A stretch of DNA of 37,689 bases, taken from a virus. Lineage: Duplodnaviria; Caudoviricetes. Positions 1 to 8,000 of this stretch are shown in pieces (the stretch's first letter is position 1; each line of letters opens with the position of its first letter). The stretch is from positions 1 through 37,689 of IMG/VR virus record IMGVR_UViG_3300014613_000055. The stretch is one strand, 5' to 3'. The notes under the pieces were generated by a model. That model was not told the DNA's origin, made no database searches, and saw nothing but the letters and a program-made list of their open reading frames with translations. Both the position numbers and the translations under genes were made by a program.

Positions 1-129
1 AAGAAAATAAAAAGCTGTTGCGATATACACAATAAAAATAAATGCGGTGTTGTAAATGGTGATGGTCGTGTTTGGAGATGTTGCAACGCTTGTGAAGAAC
101 CAGTCAAGAAAGCAGGTGAACAAGAATGA
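1..129 (+). CDS. C-terminal part of a Cys-rich small protein that wraps the window ends (starts at 37639)
   Basis: Frame 1 open to TGA at 127-129 (KKIKSCCDIH...RCCNACEE...); ATGA overlap with ORF 126. Confidence 0.7.
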   Translation, partial: KKIKSCCDIHNKNKCGVVNGDGRVWRCCNACEEPVKKAGEQE

Positions 130-347
130 GTGCAAATAATGTAATTTATATTAAAAGAGATACTTTTGAGGTTTTCTATCAAGGTTGTGCAGACAATGAC
201 GACCTTGGAACTAAAATAGGTAAGGGTAAGAACCTTGAAGAAGCGGTGGATATTGCCTACGAATATATGGGTGATGACCCGATGTTTATGCTTGAATATG
301 GTATTAATTTTATTCCAAAAAAACTAAATAACAAAGGAGAATTATAG
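126..347 (+). CDS. Hypothetical phage protein (73 aa)
   Basis: ORF track; coupled to upstream stop; GCAGGTG SD-like upstream. Confidence 0.7.
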   Translation: MSANNVIYIKRDTFEVFYQGCADNDDLGTKIGKGKNLEEAVDIAYEYMGDDPMFMLEYGINFIPKKLNNKGEL

Positions 348-413
348 AGAATGATACTTATTACTTTCGAAACATTTATGTCAGGAATTTCGAAACGAGG
401 AGAATTATAGAGA
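336..413 (+). repeat. 15-bp direct repeat GGAGAATTATAGAGA (336-350, 399-413) bracketing a 19-codon mini-ORF
   Basis: Seen directly; TTTCGAAAC also occurs twice between the copies. Confidence 0.85.
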
Positions 414-435
414 TGAAGAAAGAGGGTGATAATAT

Positions 436-786
436 ATGAAAGTAGAAAAACAATTAAAAAAATGGCTGCAAGATATTGTTTGGGGTGGTAAATTAGAAGA
501 TTATATCGTTTTTATCAAGCCCAAAGAACATTTTGATATTCGTGTTCGTTTTTACACCAACAACCATCGCTATAGTATTGTTGCTCATAAAAAGTATTTA
601 GGTTGCACGGCAACAACGAGAAAGCCAAGAGCAGGTGAAGATTGGAATAGAGGGAACGATTTACCAGATGGAAAGTTTAATAGAAAAACATGGGACGCTA
701 TCAAAAATGCCATTATTCGGTATGAATTGGTGAAACTTGAACCAAAACATGAATCTGTAGAAGCCAAATTAAAAGGAGGTGGATAA
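436..786 (+). CDS. Hypothetical phage protein (116 aa)
   Basis: ORF track; GAGGGTG SD upstream. Confidence 0.75.
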   Translation: MKVEKQLKKWLQDIVWGGKLEDYIVFIKPKEHFDIRVRFYTNNHRYSIVAHKKYLGCTATTRKPRAGEDWNRGNDLPDGKFNRKTWDAIKNAIIRYELVKLEPKHESVEAKLKGGG

Positions 787-791
787 GAGGA

Positions 792-911
792 ATGAAGAAA
801 ATTAAAATAATAAGAATTGAATTTAATAATGGGGGATATGTTGAAACAAATGATATTTTATTGGTTGAGAAGATATTCAAAATAATTAAGAAAGCAGAGA
901 AAGCAACTTAA
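792..911 (+). CDS. Small hypothetical protein (39 aa, MKKIKIIRIEFNNGG...)
   Basis: Read manually; GGAGG SD; stop TAA lies inside the CTTAAC repeat end. Confidence 0.55.
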   Translation: MKKIKIIRIEFNNGGYVETNDILLVEKIFKIIKKAEKAT

Positions 912-1252
912 CAAGGGTTTTGGTTGGTCGGGGAGAAACTCAGTAGCTACATAATTCGTTTGAGTCTAAGGACGTTGAAAACATTATGAAAATACGCTGG
1001 ATATAGCTTCCCGCCCATCTAAAGCTCTGGTTGAGGGTTTCTTAGAGCATAGACGGCAGAGTAAGGCAATAAAGTGAGAGCCGTCCCATTGTAGCCTTGC
1101 ACATAATTGGGGTCTCTATGCTCTAACAAGCTCTGGTTATATCAACTTAACAAGGGTTTCTTAGATTGGTGGACGTTGCCCTAATGAAATAAGGCAATGC
1201 CAATTCCTTCGGGGATTGAAATTTACACCTCCACCAATCTGCCAATCTCTTG
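907..1252 (+). repeat. Tandem array of three long-stem elements with conserved ends and variable interiors (914-1028, 1034-1134, 1151-1252)
   Basis: CAACTTAACAAGGGTTT at 904 and 1143; AGGGTTTCTTAGA at 1034 and 1153; AAGCTCTGGTT at 1022 and 1128; each unit closes a ~20-23 bp imperfect stem. Confidence 0.85.
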
Positions 1253-1262
1253 AAAGGAAAAG

Positions 1263-1673
1263 ATGAATAAGATTACAAAACACGCCGGAGGGCGACCAAC
1301 CAAGTACACGCCTGATATATGGCCGAAAATAAAGAAGTATTTATCTATGTGTGGTAGGGAGAACATGGCATTACCAACAGTAGAAGGATTAGCAATTCAC
1401 TTAGATGTTACTAGCGAAACGATAAGACAGTGGGCTACCAAATATAAAGAGTTTTCTTTGACAATAAAAAAACTAGCAGACAAACAGAAGGAGCAATTAA
1501 TGAATGATGGTATGTATGGAGGGAAAGAAATCAATCAGGCAATGGCTATATTTTTACTCAAAGTAAATCACGGAATGAACGAAGGGCCAAACACATTAAT
1601 CCAAGTCAATGTCAAACCAATATTAGGAGGTGCAAGTGTTCAAAGAAGTAACAGCGACCAAGAAACTGCTTAA
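1263..1673 (+). CDS. terS: Terminase small subunit
   Basis: GRPTKY N-terminus, HTH-like PTVEGLAIHLDV..TIRQW, AIFLLK motif; directly upstream of and overlapping terL. Confidence 0.85.
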   Translation: MNKITKHAGGRPTKYTPDIWPKIKKYLSMCGRENMALPTVEGLAIHLDVTSETIRQWATKYKEFSLTIKKLADKQKEQLMNDGMYGGKEINQAMAIFLLKVNHGMNEGPNTLIQVNVKPILGGASVQRSNSDQETA

Positions 1674-2808
1674 ATTAAAAAAGAGAATAAGAGGCATAGC
1701 CGGTGGCACGTCAGCATCTAAAACTGTCTCTATCTTACTTATCTTAATTGACCTAGCACAATCAACTAAGGGTAAATTAATATCGGTAGTATCTGAATCA
1801 TTCCCTCACTTGAAGAGAGGGGCGATTAGAGATTTCCTTAACATAATGGAAGCACACAATTACTTTCAGCCGAAGAGTTGGAACAAGACCGATTATATTT
1901 ATACATTTCCGAAAGGATCAAGGATAGAGTTCTTCTCAGCAGACCAGCCAGGCAAAGTACGAGGGCCAAGAAGAGATGTATTATTCTTGAATGAGGCAAA
2001 CAACATATCTTACGAAACATATACACAGTTGGAAGTTAGAACGAAAGAAATTATATGGCTAGACTGGAATCCAGTGAGTGAATTCTGGTGGTACGAAGAA
2101 GTATTAGGAAAACAAGATTGTGATTTTCTTACATTAACTTACTTAGATAACGAGGAATTGGATCCAAACATAGTCAAAGCTATCGAAGTACGCAAGGGAA
2201 GCAAGAATTGGTGGAAAGTATACGGATTAGGTCAATTAGGGGAAGCAGAAGGGAGAATCTTTACTGATTGGAAGATGATAGACGAAGTACCTCACGAAGC
2301 TCGCTTAGAACGATATGGTATGGACCTTGGCTATTCTAATGACCCTACCTCGATAGTGGCGATATATAAATACAACAACGGAATCATATTAGACGAAATA
2401 GCTCACTTGAAAGGATTATCAAACAAACAAATAGCAGACATATTACTAAATGCACCTAGAGCATTAATCATAGCCGACAGCGCAGAACCTAAAAGTATTG
2501 ACGAAATAAGAATGCACGGACTAAGCATACAGCCATCTCAAAAGGGTCAAGGATCAGTCTTACAAGGCATCCAATGGGTACAACAGCAACGAATAAGCGT
2601 AACCAAGAGAAGTCTTAATATCTTAAAGTCATATCGTAACTATTTATGGGAAACCGACAAAGAAGGTAAAATAATCAACACACCCGAACATATATTTAGC
2701 GATGCTATGGACGCTATAAGGTACGGAATGGAAAGCCTTAGACCACAAGATGACGACAACTACGACATACCAGATGATACTAGAATGTTTGACAAAGGAT
2801 TCTATTGA
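1630..2808 (+). CDS. terL: Terminase large subunit, PBSX-like
   Basis: Walker A GGTSASKT, Walker B LFLNEAN, DWNP, nuclease motifs GMDLGYSNDP, DSAEP, DAMDAIRY. Confidence 0.95.
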   Translation: MQVFKEVTATKKLLKLKKRIRGIAGGTSASKTVSILLILIDLAQSTKGKLISVVSESFPHLKRGAIRDFLNIMEAHNYFQPKSWNKTDYIYTFPKGSRIEFFSADQPGKVRGPRRDVLFLNEANNISYETYTQLEVRTKEIIWLDWNPVSEFWWYEEVLGKQDCDFLTLTYLDNEELDPNIVKAIEVRKGSKNWWKVYGLGQLGEAEGRIFTDWKMIDEVPHEARLERYGMDLGYSNDPTSIVAIYKYNNGIILDEIAHLKGLSNKQIADILLNAPRALIIADSAEPKSIDEIRMHGLSIQPSQKGQGSVLQGIQWVQQQRISVTKRSLNILKSYRNYLWETDKEGKIINTPEHIFSDAMDAIRYGMESLRPQDDDNYDIPDDTRMFDKGFY

Positions 2809-3035
2809 TGAAATATGAACTGTCCATTTCAGACCACAACAAACAAGCCCACATTGACCTTGAAGACGATATTAAATCAAGAAAGAATGGGCTACTTACT
2901 TTTACCTTACGAGTTAATAAAGGAAACATTGTTGATTACAACTTAACAGAATATGTCAACGCCAAACAAAAATACCTTAGCCTTAAACGAGTTATTGTCA
3001 GCGAATTTGTCGTTACACGCAATCGTGGAGAATGA
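2805..3035 (+). CDS. Small protein with DUF2292/YezD-like pattern
   Basis: GLLTFTLRVNKGNIVD beta-hairpin pattern; similar to the next ORF. Confidence 0.6.
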   Translation: MMKYELSISDHNKQAHIDLEDDIKSRKNGLLTFTLRVNKGNIVDYNLTEYVNAKQKYLSLKRVIVSEFVVTRNRGE

Positions 3036-3150
3036 AGTAAGACAGACCCCCTTTGGTCAAATAACATTTACGGTGTCTTTAGTAGACGGTGTTGCGTTAA
3101 TAGACACTCTTAATATAGTAAAGAATAGAAGGAGAAGGTATAAGGGTTGA
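2953..3150 (+). CDS. Small basic protein with DUF2292/YezD-like pattern
   Basis: FGQITFTVSLVDGVALID pattern, RRRRYK tail. Confidence 0.6.
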   Translation: MSTPNKNTLALNELLSANLSLHAIVENEVRQTPFGQITFTVSLVDGVALIDTLNIVKNRRRRYKG

Positions 3151-3174
3151 CAAACGCTAATTGGCCTATATAAT
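3147..3174 (+). promoter_or_regulatory. Sigma70-type promoter upstream of the head operon
   Basis: TTGACA(3147)-16 bp-TATAAT(3169). Confidence 0.75.
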
Positions 3175-3221
3175 TAGCAATAGGTAAGGTAGAGTGCCGA
3201 TGCCGCTATAATGCGGGTTAC

Positions 3222-3247
3222 AGCACACCCATTGGGTGTGTTTTTTT
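3222..3247 (+). terminator. Intrinsic terminator between the promoter and the portal gene
   Basis: AGCACACCCA-T-TGGGTGTGTT hairpin followed by a T-run. Confidence 0.8.
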
Positions 3248-3290
3248 ATGGCTTCAGGAATTGATAGGTAACAGGAAACTATTTATTAAT

Positions 3291-5105
3291 ATGTCCAAAC
3301 TTCGAGATGAAATACTAGATAGGCAAGATGTTGCTGAGAAATACCTTAGTGAGAAGCGTGATCTTTGGGATAATGCTGAAAAACTATTCCACAACAAACT
3401 AAACGATAACATTTCAACTGGTACTAAGTCCCAAGTATTTGACCCCAAACTAGCAACTCTGACCCTTGAGCGAGGGTATCGAGTAATGTCTCAACTTCCT
3501 GTTGGCAAGGTGAAAGGTGTTTCTAAGAACGATGTCGGTGCTTCTCAGTTAATGAATCTAATCCTTGAGAAATATGTTATCCCTAATGCTAATGCTCAAT
3601 TCGACTTCCTAACCAAGCTCCGAATGGTTGACATTTACTCTAATATTTACGGAAACTTCTTTACTTTGACTGATTGGGATGTGAGAAAGAATGGATATAT
3701 AGGTCCTGATATATGGTTACTTAATATTAGAGATGTATTCCCACAAGTAGGAGCAGTATCTTTAGACGATTCAGATTATGTGATTGTCAGAACCTGGAAA
3801 CCACTGTCTTACTTCGAGGGATTAAAAGGGCAAAAAGGATTCAAGAATGTAGACAAAATCATCACTGCACTCAAAGACAAGGGCGGTTCTAAGCAAACCA
3901 GAGAATCAAAGGCTAAGTCTCAGAGAGAATCAGACCAATATACTGACACCCTAGCGGCCAAGAAAGCAGGATACTACGAAGTCTTAACTCAATTCGAGAA
4001 AGACAGGTGGGTTGATATGTGTGTAGATGCAGACTTGGAGTTCAGAGACATAGCAAACCCTCACGAAAATGGAGAACTCCCCGTAGATTGCAAATACTCA
4101 ATTCCCCTATTAGATGACTTTATGGGTATGGGGGACTTTGAGAGGGGTGGGTCAATGCAACAAGTGGTCAATTCTACCTGGAATCTTTACTTAGACGCTG
4201 TAAAGATGTCCATTTTCCCTCCAGTTCTGATAAATAAGGACAACGTGGCCGCAATGAGTTCATTCAAGCTAGGTGCAGCCGAGAAATGGTTGGCAAGAGG
4301 AAATTTGGACAACGTAGCCAAGACACTACAATTAAGCCCACAAGGCATCAATCAATTCAACAACACTTATCAGGTGGCTAATGCAGCTATTCTTAATCTT
4401 TTCGGTACTTCAGATACAACCACCACCCAACAGACTGATCCTGGTATGGGCAAAACCCCTAGAGCTTTAAGTATGCAAAAGGAAAGAGAAAACACACGAG
4501 ATAATGCTGATAGGTTCTATATGGAGCAATATTTGAAGAAAATAATGAAAAAGATGGTAAACCTGGTCTCTAAGAAGCAATCTAAGGCCATCACAATGCG
4601 ATTGTTTGATGAGGATATAGCAGAGATGGAGAGAAGTTACCCCGAAATTAAGGATATGTACGATGAAAAGTCCGGCAAGGTAACAATAGGCAAATCTCAA
4701 ACGGGGTCAATTTTATACGATTACGAGATTGTATCCGGTTCTACCTACGCAGTTGACCAGAAGTCTCAACAAGAGAACCTAACGATGTTAATGCAGTTGT
4801 TCCTTGAGGCTCAATCTCCCAATGGCAACTTGCTGGAAATGAGGCTCAAAGAGGAAGGATTTAACCTTAAGTTTGGTGAAATCTTCAAGAGAGTTGTCTC
4901 AAATTCAGGTATTCAGGATTGGGACAAGATACTAGAAGAAATGACCGAAGAAGAGAAAACAGACAATGTTCTGAAGGTAGCTGAACAACAATTCCAACAA
5001 ATGATGATGCAAATGCAGGGACAGCAAAACATGAACCAAATACCACCTGAGCAAGCCGGACAGCCTATGCAGGGTCAATCTATGCCAGAAGGGCCAATTA
5101 TATGA
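3291..5105 (+). CDS. Portal protein (P22/podovirus-like)
   Basis: ~600 aa right after terL; YGNFF-like segment; Q/M/P-rich C-terminal barrel-like tail; ATG 3291 preferred over TTG 3261. Confidence 0.85.
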   Translation: MSKLRDEILDRQDVAEKYLSEKRDLWDNAEKLFHNKLNDNISTGTKSQVFDPKLATLTLERGYRVMSQLPVGKVKGVSKNDVGASQLMNLILEKYVIPNANAQFDFLTKLRMVDIYSNIYGNFFTLTDWDVRKNGYIGPDIWLLNIRDVFPQVGAVSLDDSDYVIVRTWKPLSYFEGLKGQKGFKNVDKIITALKDKGGSKQTRESKAKSQRESDQYTDTLAAKKAGYYEVLTQFEKDRWVDMCVDADLEFRDIANPHENGELPVDCKYSIPLLDDFMGMGDFERGGSMQQVVNSTWNLYLDAVKMSIFPPVLINKDNVAAMSSFKLGAAEKWLARGNLDNVAKTLQLSPQGINQFNNTYQVANAAILNLFGTSDTTTTQQTDPGMGKTPRALSMQKERENTRDNADRFYMEQYLKKIMKKMVNLVSKKQSKAITMRLFDEDIAEMERSYPEIKDMYDEKSGKVTIGKSQTGSILYDYEIVSGSTYAVDQKSQQENLTMLMQLFLEAQSPNGNLLEMRLKEEGFNLKFGEIFKRVVSNSGIQDWDKILEEMTEEEKTDNVLKVAEQQFQQMMMQMQGQQNMNQIPPEQAGQPMQGQSMPEGPII

Positions 5106-5434
5106 AGAGTGCATTAAAGCCAGATTTCTTTGTATCTAATATGCCTTCGATAAAGAAGGATCAGGATGCTGAGAAGAAGGGAGCGACAGACGAAGATAGA
5201 TACCTATATTCGTTGTCAAGAACCGCAGGTTGGAGGGTTTTAGGCGAGTTTTTAGAGAATATGTCTAACGACTTAGACAACCTTAACGAAGTCGCCCTAG
5301 CTCAAGGGATGAGCTTTGAAGAGATAGGCAGAAACTCAGTAGTTATCACACAGACTAAAACAATGATTAAAAGAATATTTAACAAGGTTAATGACGCAGT
5401 TGAGGTTTGCGAAAAACCTGATGAAAAAGAATGA
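5102..5434 (+). CDS. Hypothetical head-module protein
   Basis: ORF track; TAGWRVL motif of the kind seen in small helical proteins after portals. Confidence 0.7.
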   Translation: MKSALKPDFFVSNMPSIKKDQDAEKKGATDEDRYLYSLSRTAGWRVLGEFLENMSNDLDNLNEVALAQGMSFEEIGRNSVVITQTKTMIKRIFNKVNDAVEVCEKPDEKE

Positions 5435-5636
5435 AACAAACGGCAAATTATCAGAAACGCTTGATTTCAATAAGCCAAGCTTTGTCTTTAATCCGAACGA
5501 GAATCATGAGTGGAGGCAAAAAGGCCCTTACCTGGTGTGCAAGAGTTGTGAACTGGAACACGCAATATGGATTGGGATGAAAAAGCAGATGGTCGGTATT
5601 AATGACAAAGGCCAACCGATACTTAAAAAGATTTAA
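5391..5636 (+). CDS. Small putative Zn-binding protein
   Basis: HEW...CKSC..EH pattern; true start probably ATG 5421. Confidence 0.65.
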   Translation: MTQLRFAKNLMKKNETNGKLSETLDFNKPSFVFNPNENHEWRQKGPYLVCKSCELEHAIWIGMKKQMVGINDKGQPILKKI

Positions 5637-5684
5637 GAGTTTTTGGGGGAAATTCTAGACAAATTCCCCCCATGAGCCCTTAAA
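5632..5684 (+). promoter_or_regulatory. Long intergenic hairpin, possible RNase III/processing site
   Basis: TTTAAGAGTTTTTGGGGG pairs with CCCCCATGAGCCCTTAAA; starts at the upstream stop; no U-tail. Confidence 0.55.
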
Positions 5685-5752
5685 AGCTCAGAGTGTAAGC
5701 TCGTGCCGACACTATAATCTCGTGCATGATTCACAGGAAGGGGGTGAATAAT

Positions 5753-6568
5753 ATGAATAAGAAACAAATGGCGTTAAACGAACAGGTTGAGGAAGAAAAC
5801 AACCTTGATACTACGCCGGTAACAGAAGAAAAAGCATCTGAGGAGGTTAGAGAACCTGAAGTGGAAGCCGAACCGACGGAGGAGGCAGAAACAGAAGAAG
5901 AAGTAACCGAAACAGAGGAATCCCGAAAGGGATATTCCAAAAGGGTTAGAGAGCTTAATGCTAAAGCGAAAGCCGAAGCAGAAGGCAGAAAGAAGGCAGA
6001 GGAAGAAGCCAAATCATTAGCAGACAGGGTAGCGGAGCTTACAGGTTCAGTAGAACCACAGGCTGGTTATCAGCCACAATCACCGCAATCCGAGCAACCA
6101 TTAGTTGCACCTGGGGAGGAAATTGATGCCCTCGAACTTGATCGTAGATTAAGAGATCGGGAGCAAAGGTCAATCCGAAGAACCGACGCTCTAATACAGC
6201 TTAGGGGAAAACAACAGGAGGCAATTAATAGAATGACTCAAGAATCTAATGATGCGGTTAGGGAATATCCTCAACTCGACCCTGAGAGTGAGTCTTTCGA
6301 TAAAGACCTCTCCGAAACTGTTACCGAGGCGGTAGAAGCGCTAATACGCTCCAATCCGTACAACGCATCAGTTAAGACTTTTGTGGGCAAACTGATGAAA
6401 CCTTACCAAAGGTCGGTAACGAAAGAAGTTGGCAAGGTTACGGAGGACTTAGCAAAGCAATCTTCGCAATCCGCTCTAAAGCCAACCTCTATCCGCAAAG
6501 GTGAGAAATCGGCGGAGGATAAAACTCCTGAAGAACTAGAAAAAGAGTTGGGTGTAGTTCAAGGATAA
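5753..6568 (+). CDS. Capsid scaffolding protein
   Basis: Acidic N-terminus, KRVREL coiled coil, YPQLDP motif; just before the capsid gene; GGGGGTG SD before ATG 5753. Confidence 0.8.
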   Translation: MNKKQMALNEQVEEENNLDTTPVTEEKASEEVREPEVEAEPTEEAETEEEVTETEESRKGYSKRVRELNAKAKAEAEGRKKAEEEAKSLADRVAELTGSVEPQAGYQPQSPQSEQPLVAPGEEIDALELDRRLRDREQRSIRRTDALIQLRGKQQEAINRMTQESNDAVREYPQLDPESESFDKDLSETVTEAVEALIRSNPYNASVKTFVGKLMKPYQRSVTKEVGKVTEDLAKQSSQSALKPTSIRKGEKSAEDKTPEELEKELGVVQG

Positions 6569-6608
6569 ACCTCTGTCTAGGCTTTGCTTAGAAGGAGGTG
6601 AATAGATT

Positions 6609-7568
6609 ATGGCAGTAGTTGGACAAGGAATAAGCGGCGCAGCAAACGCAAACATCACGACAGGTGCACATATCTCAGCAGAGGTAAGTACCTATTATGA
6701 GAAAGTGTTTCTAGCCAGAGCGGAGTATGAGACCATCTTAGATGAAGGTGCTCAGAAAAGAACTCACCCTGTAAATGAAGGTAGGACTGTCAACTTTACT
6801 CGTTATGAGCCGTTGACAATCATTACTACCCCATTAGGTGAGGCTTCAAACCCCACAACTTGTGCTATTACAGCTTGTACCATATCAATGACTTTGTCAG
6901 AGTATGGTCTGACTGTAAACACATCTAGAATGTTGACGTTGGTTTCGATCGACAGCAATATGAAGGAGAAGGTGGAGCTTGTAGGCCAAAACATGGGTGA
7001 AACTCTAAATCAACTCGTAAGAGACGAATTACTTAACGGTACTTCTTATTACGGGAATGACCACGCCGTAACATCACTCGCAGCAGGAGATACTCTTGAT
7101 GCTTGTGATATTAGGATGGTTGTTAGGGACTTAGAGTTGGCTAAGGCGATGAAGTATAAAGACGGATTTTACATCGGTAAAACCGACCCTTACTCAAAGA
7201 TAAACCTTATGGCAGATACAGCTTGGCTTAACGCTAAGACATATTCTGACGTAAAGGATTTGTATAAGGGAGAAATGGGTGAATTGTTAGGAGTCAGGTG
7301 GCTTCTAAACAAAAATGTTTCTTCTGGGACAGAAGCAACGTCAGTAGCAGCTTCCGCAGTTGTACGTTTCTATACGTACATCCACGGAGATAATGCTTTC
7401 GGATGTTACGATCTCTCGAAAGATAAACCCAAGCTTTATATACTACCCAACGTAGTAGACTCAAACTCACCAGCCGGAAGGATTTCAATAATCACTTGGG
7501 CGGGAAGTTATGCAACCAAAGTACTGAACGATACATGGGTTCAGACTTGTAGGTTCACCGCAACATAA
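6609..7568 (+). CDS. Major capsid protein, N4-gp56-like family
   Basis: GRTVNFTRY, LSEYG, GEMGELLGVRW motifs; strong AGGAGGTG SD; position after scaffold. Confidence 0.88.
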   Translation: MAVVGQGISGAANANITTGAHISAEVSTYYEKVFLARAEYETILDEGAQKRTHPVNEGRTVNFTRYEPLTIITTPLGEASNPTTCAITACTISMTLSEYGLTVNTSRMLTLVSIDSNMKEKVELVGQNMGETLNQLVRDELLNGTSYYGNDHAVTSLAAGDTLDACDIRMVVRDLELAKAMKYKDGFYIGKTDPYSKINLMADTAWLNAKTYSDVKDLYKGEMGELLGVRWLLNKNVSSGTEATSVAASAVVRFYTYIHGDNAFGCYDLSKDKPKLYILPNVVDSNSPAGRISIITWAGSYATKVLNDTWVQTCRFTAT

Positions 7569-7629
7569 GCGGTATGGGTTGTTGGAGCGGATTCTCTTTG
7601 TTTCCGCTCCAAACAAAGGGAACAACTCT

Positions 7630-7908
7630 ATGGACGAAGGAAGAAAACACGATCTAAAAGAATTAGACAAGGCACGCAAAACGGCTCCCGACAAGGAGAC
7701 GCTACATAACATTGGAAAAGTAGAAAGAACTATCAAAAACGAACAACACGATGGTTTTAGGAGAAGTGCCAGAGAAGCATTAGTAAAAGCAGGCAAGTCG
7801 GGTAGACCAGGAAATATACAAGACGTACAGGAAAGAATAAAGAAAAGCGAAAGCAAGGGAATAGGCAAATCAACTTTCCTTATTTCCTTGCCAAAAGGAA
7901 TGAGATAG
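7630..7908 (+). CDS. Basic hypothetical protein
   Basis: ORF track 7579-7908; ATG 7630 more plausible because 7576-7628 is structured RNA. Confidence 0.6.
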   Translation: MDEGRKHDLKELDKARKTAPDKETLHNIGKVERTIKNEQHDGFRRSAREALVKAGKSGRPGNIQDVQERIKKSESKGIGKSTFLISLPKGMR

Positions 7909-7916
7909 TGTATAAT
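7888..7916 (+). promoter_or_regulatory. Sigma70-type promoter of the modification cluster
   Basis: TTGCCA-17 bp-TATAAT. Confidence 0.75.
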
Positions 7917-7958
7917 TCGCAGGTTAGGCTTTGAAGACTGAAATTGATTGTTCTTTTA

Positions 7959-7988
7959 GCCACGCCATTGGGGCGTGGTATTTTTGTT
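7959..7988 (+). terminator. Intrinsic terminator-like hairpin in the leader
   Basis: GCCACGCC-ATTGG-GGCGTGGT then ATTTTTGTT. Confidence 0.7.
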
Positions 7989-8000
7989 GGCTAAAAAGGC

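Noticed and set aside
1174-1230. Hammerhead ribozyme (CTAATGA...GAAA)
   Set aside because: Core is not CUGANGA and lies in a hairpin loop, not at the junction.
904-1252. CRISPR mini-array
   Set aside because: Repeat parts are split into 5' and 3' halves that pair across long, self-folding interiors of unequal length; no constant repeat-spacer period and no cas genes.
907-1252. tRNA genes in the structured regions (also 31712-31940 and 33404-33521)
   Set aside because: No cloverleaf with a T-loop GTTCRA and proper acceptor stem was found.
7566-7710. Stop-codon read-through or frameshift extension of the capsid protein
   Set aside because: The downstream ORF is in another frame, there is no clear slippery site, and the in-frame extension is short and featureless.
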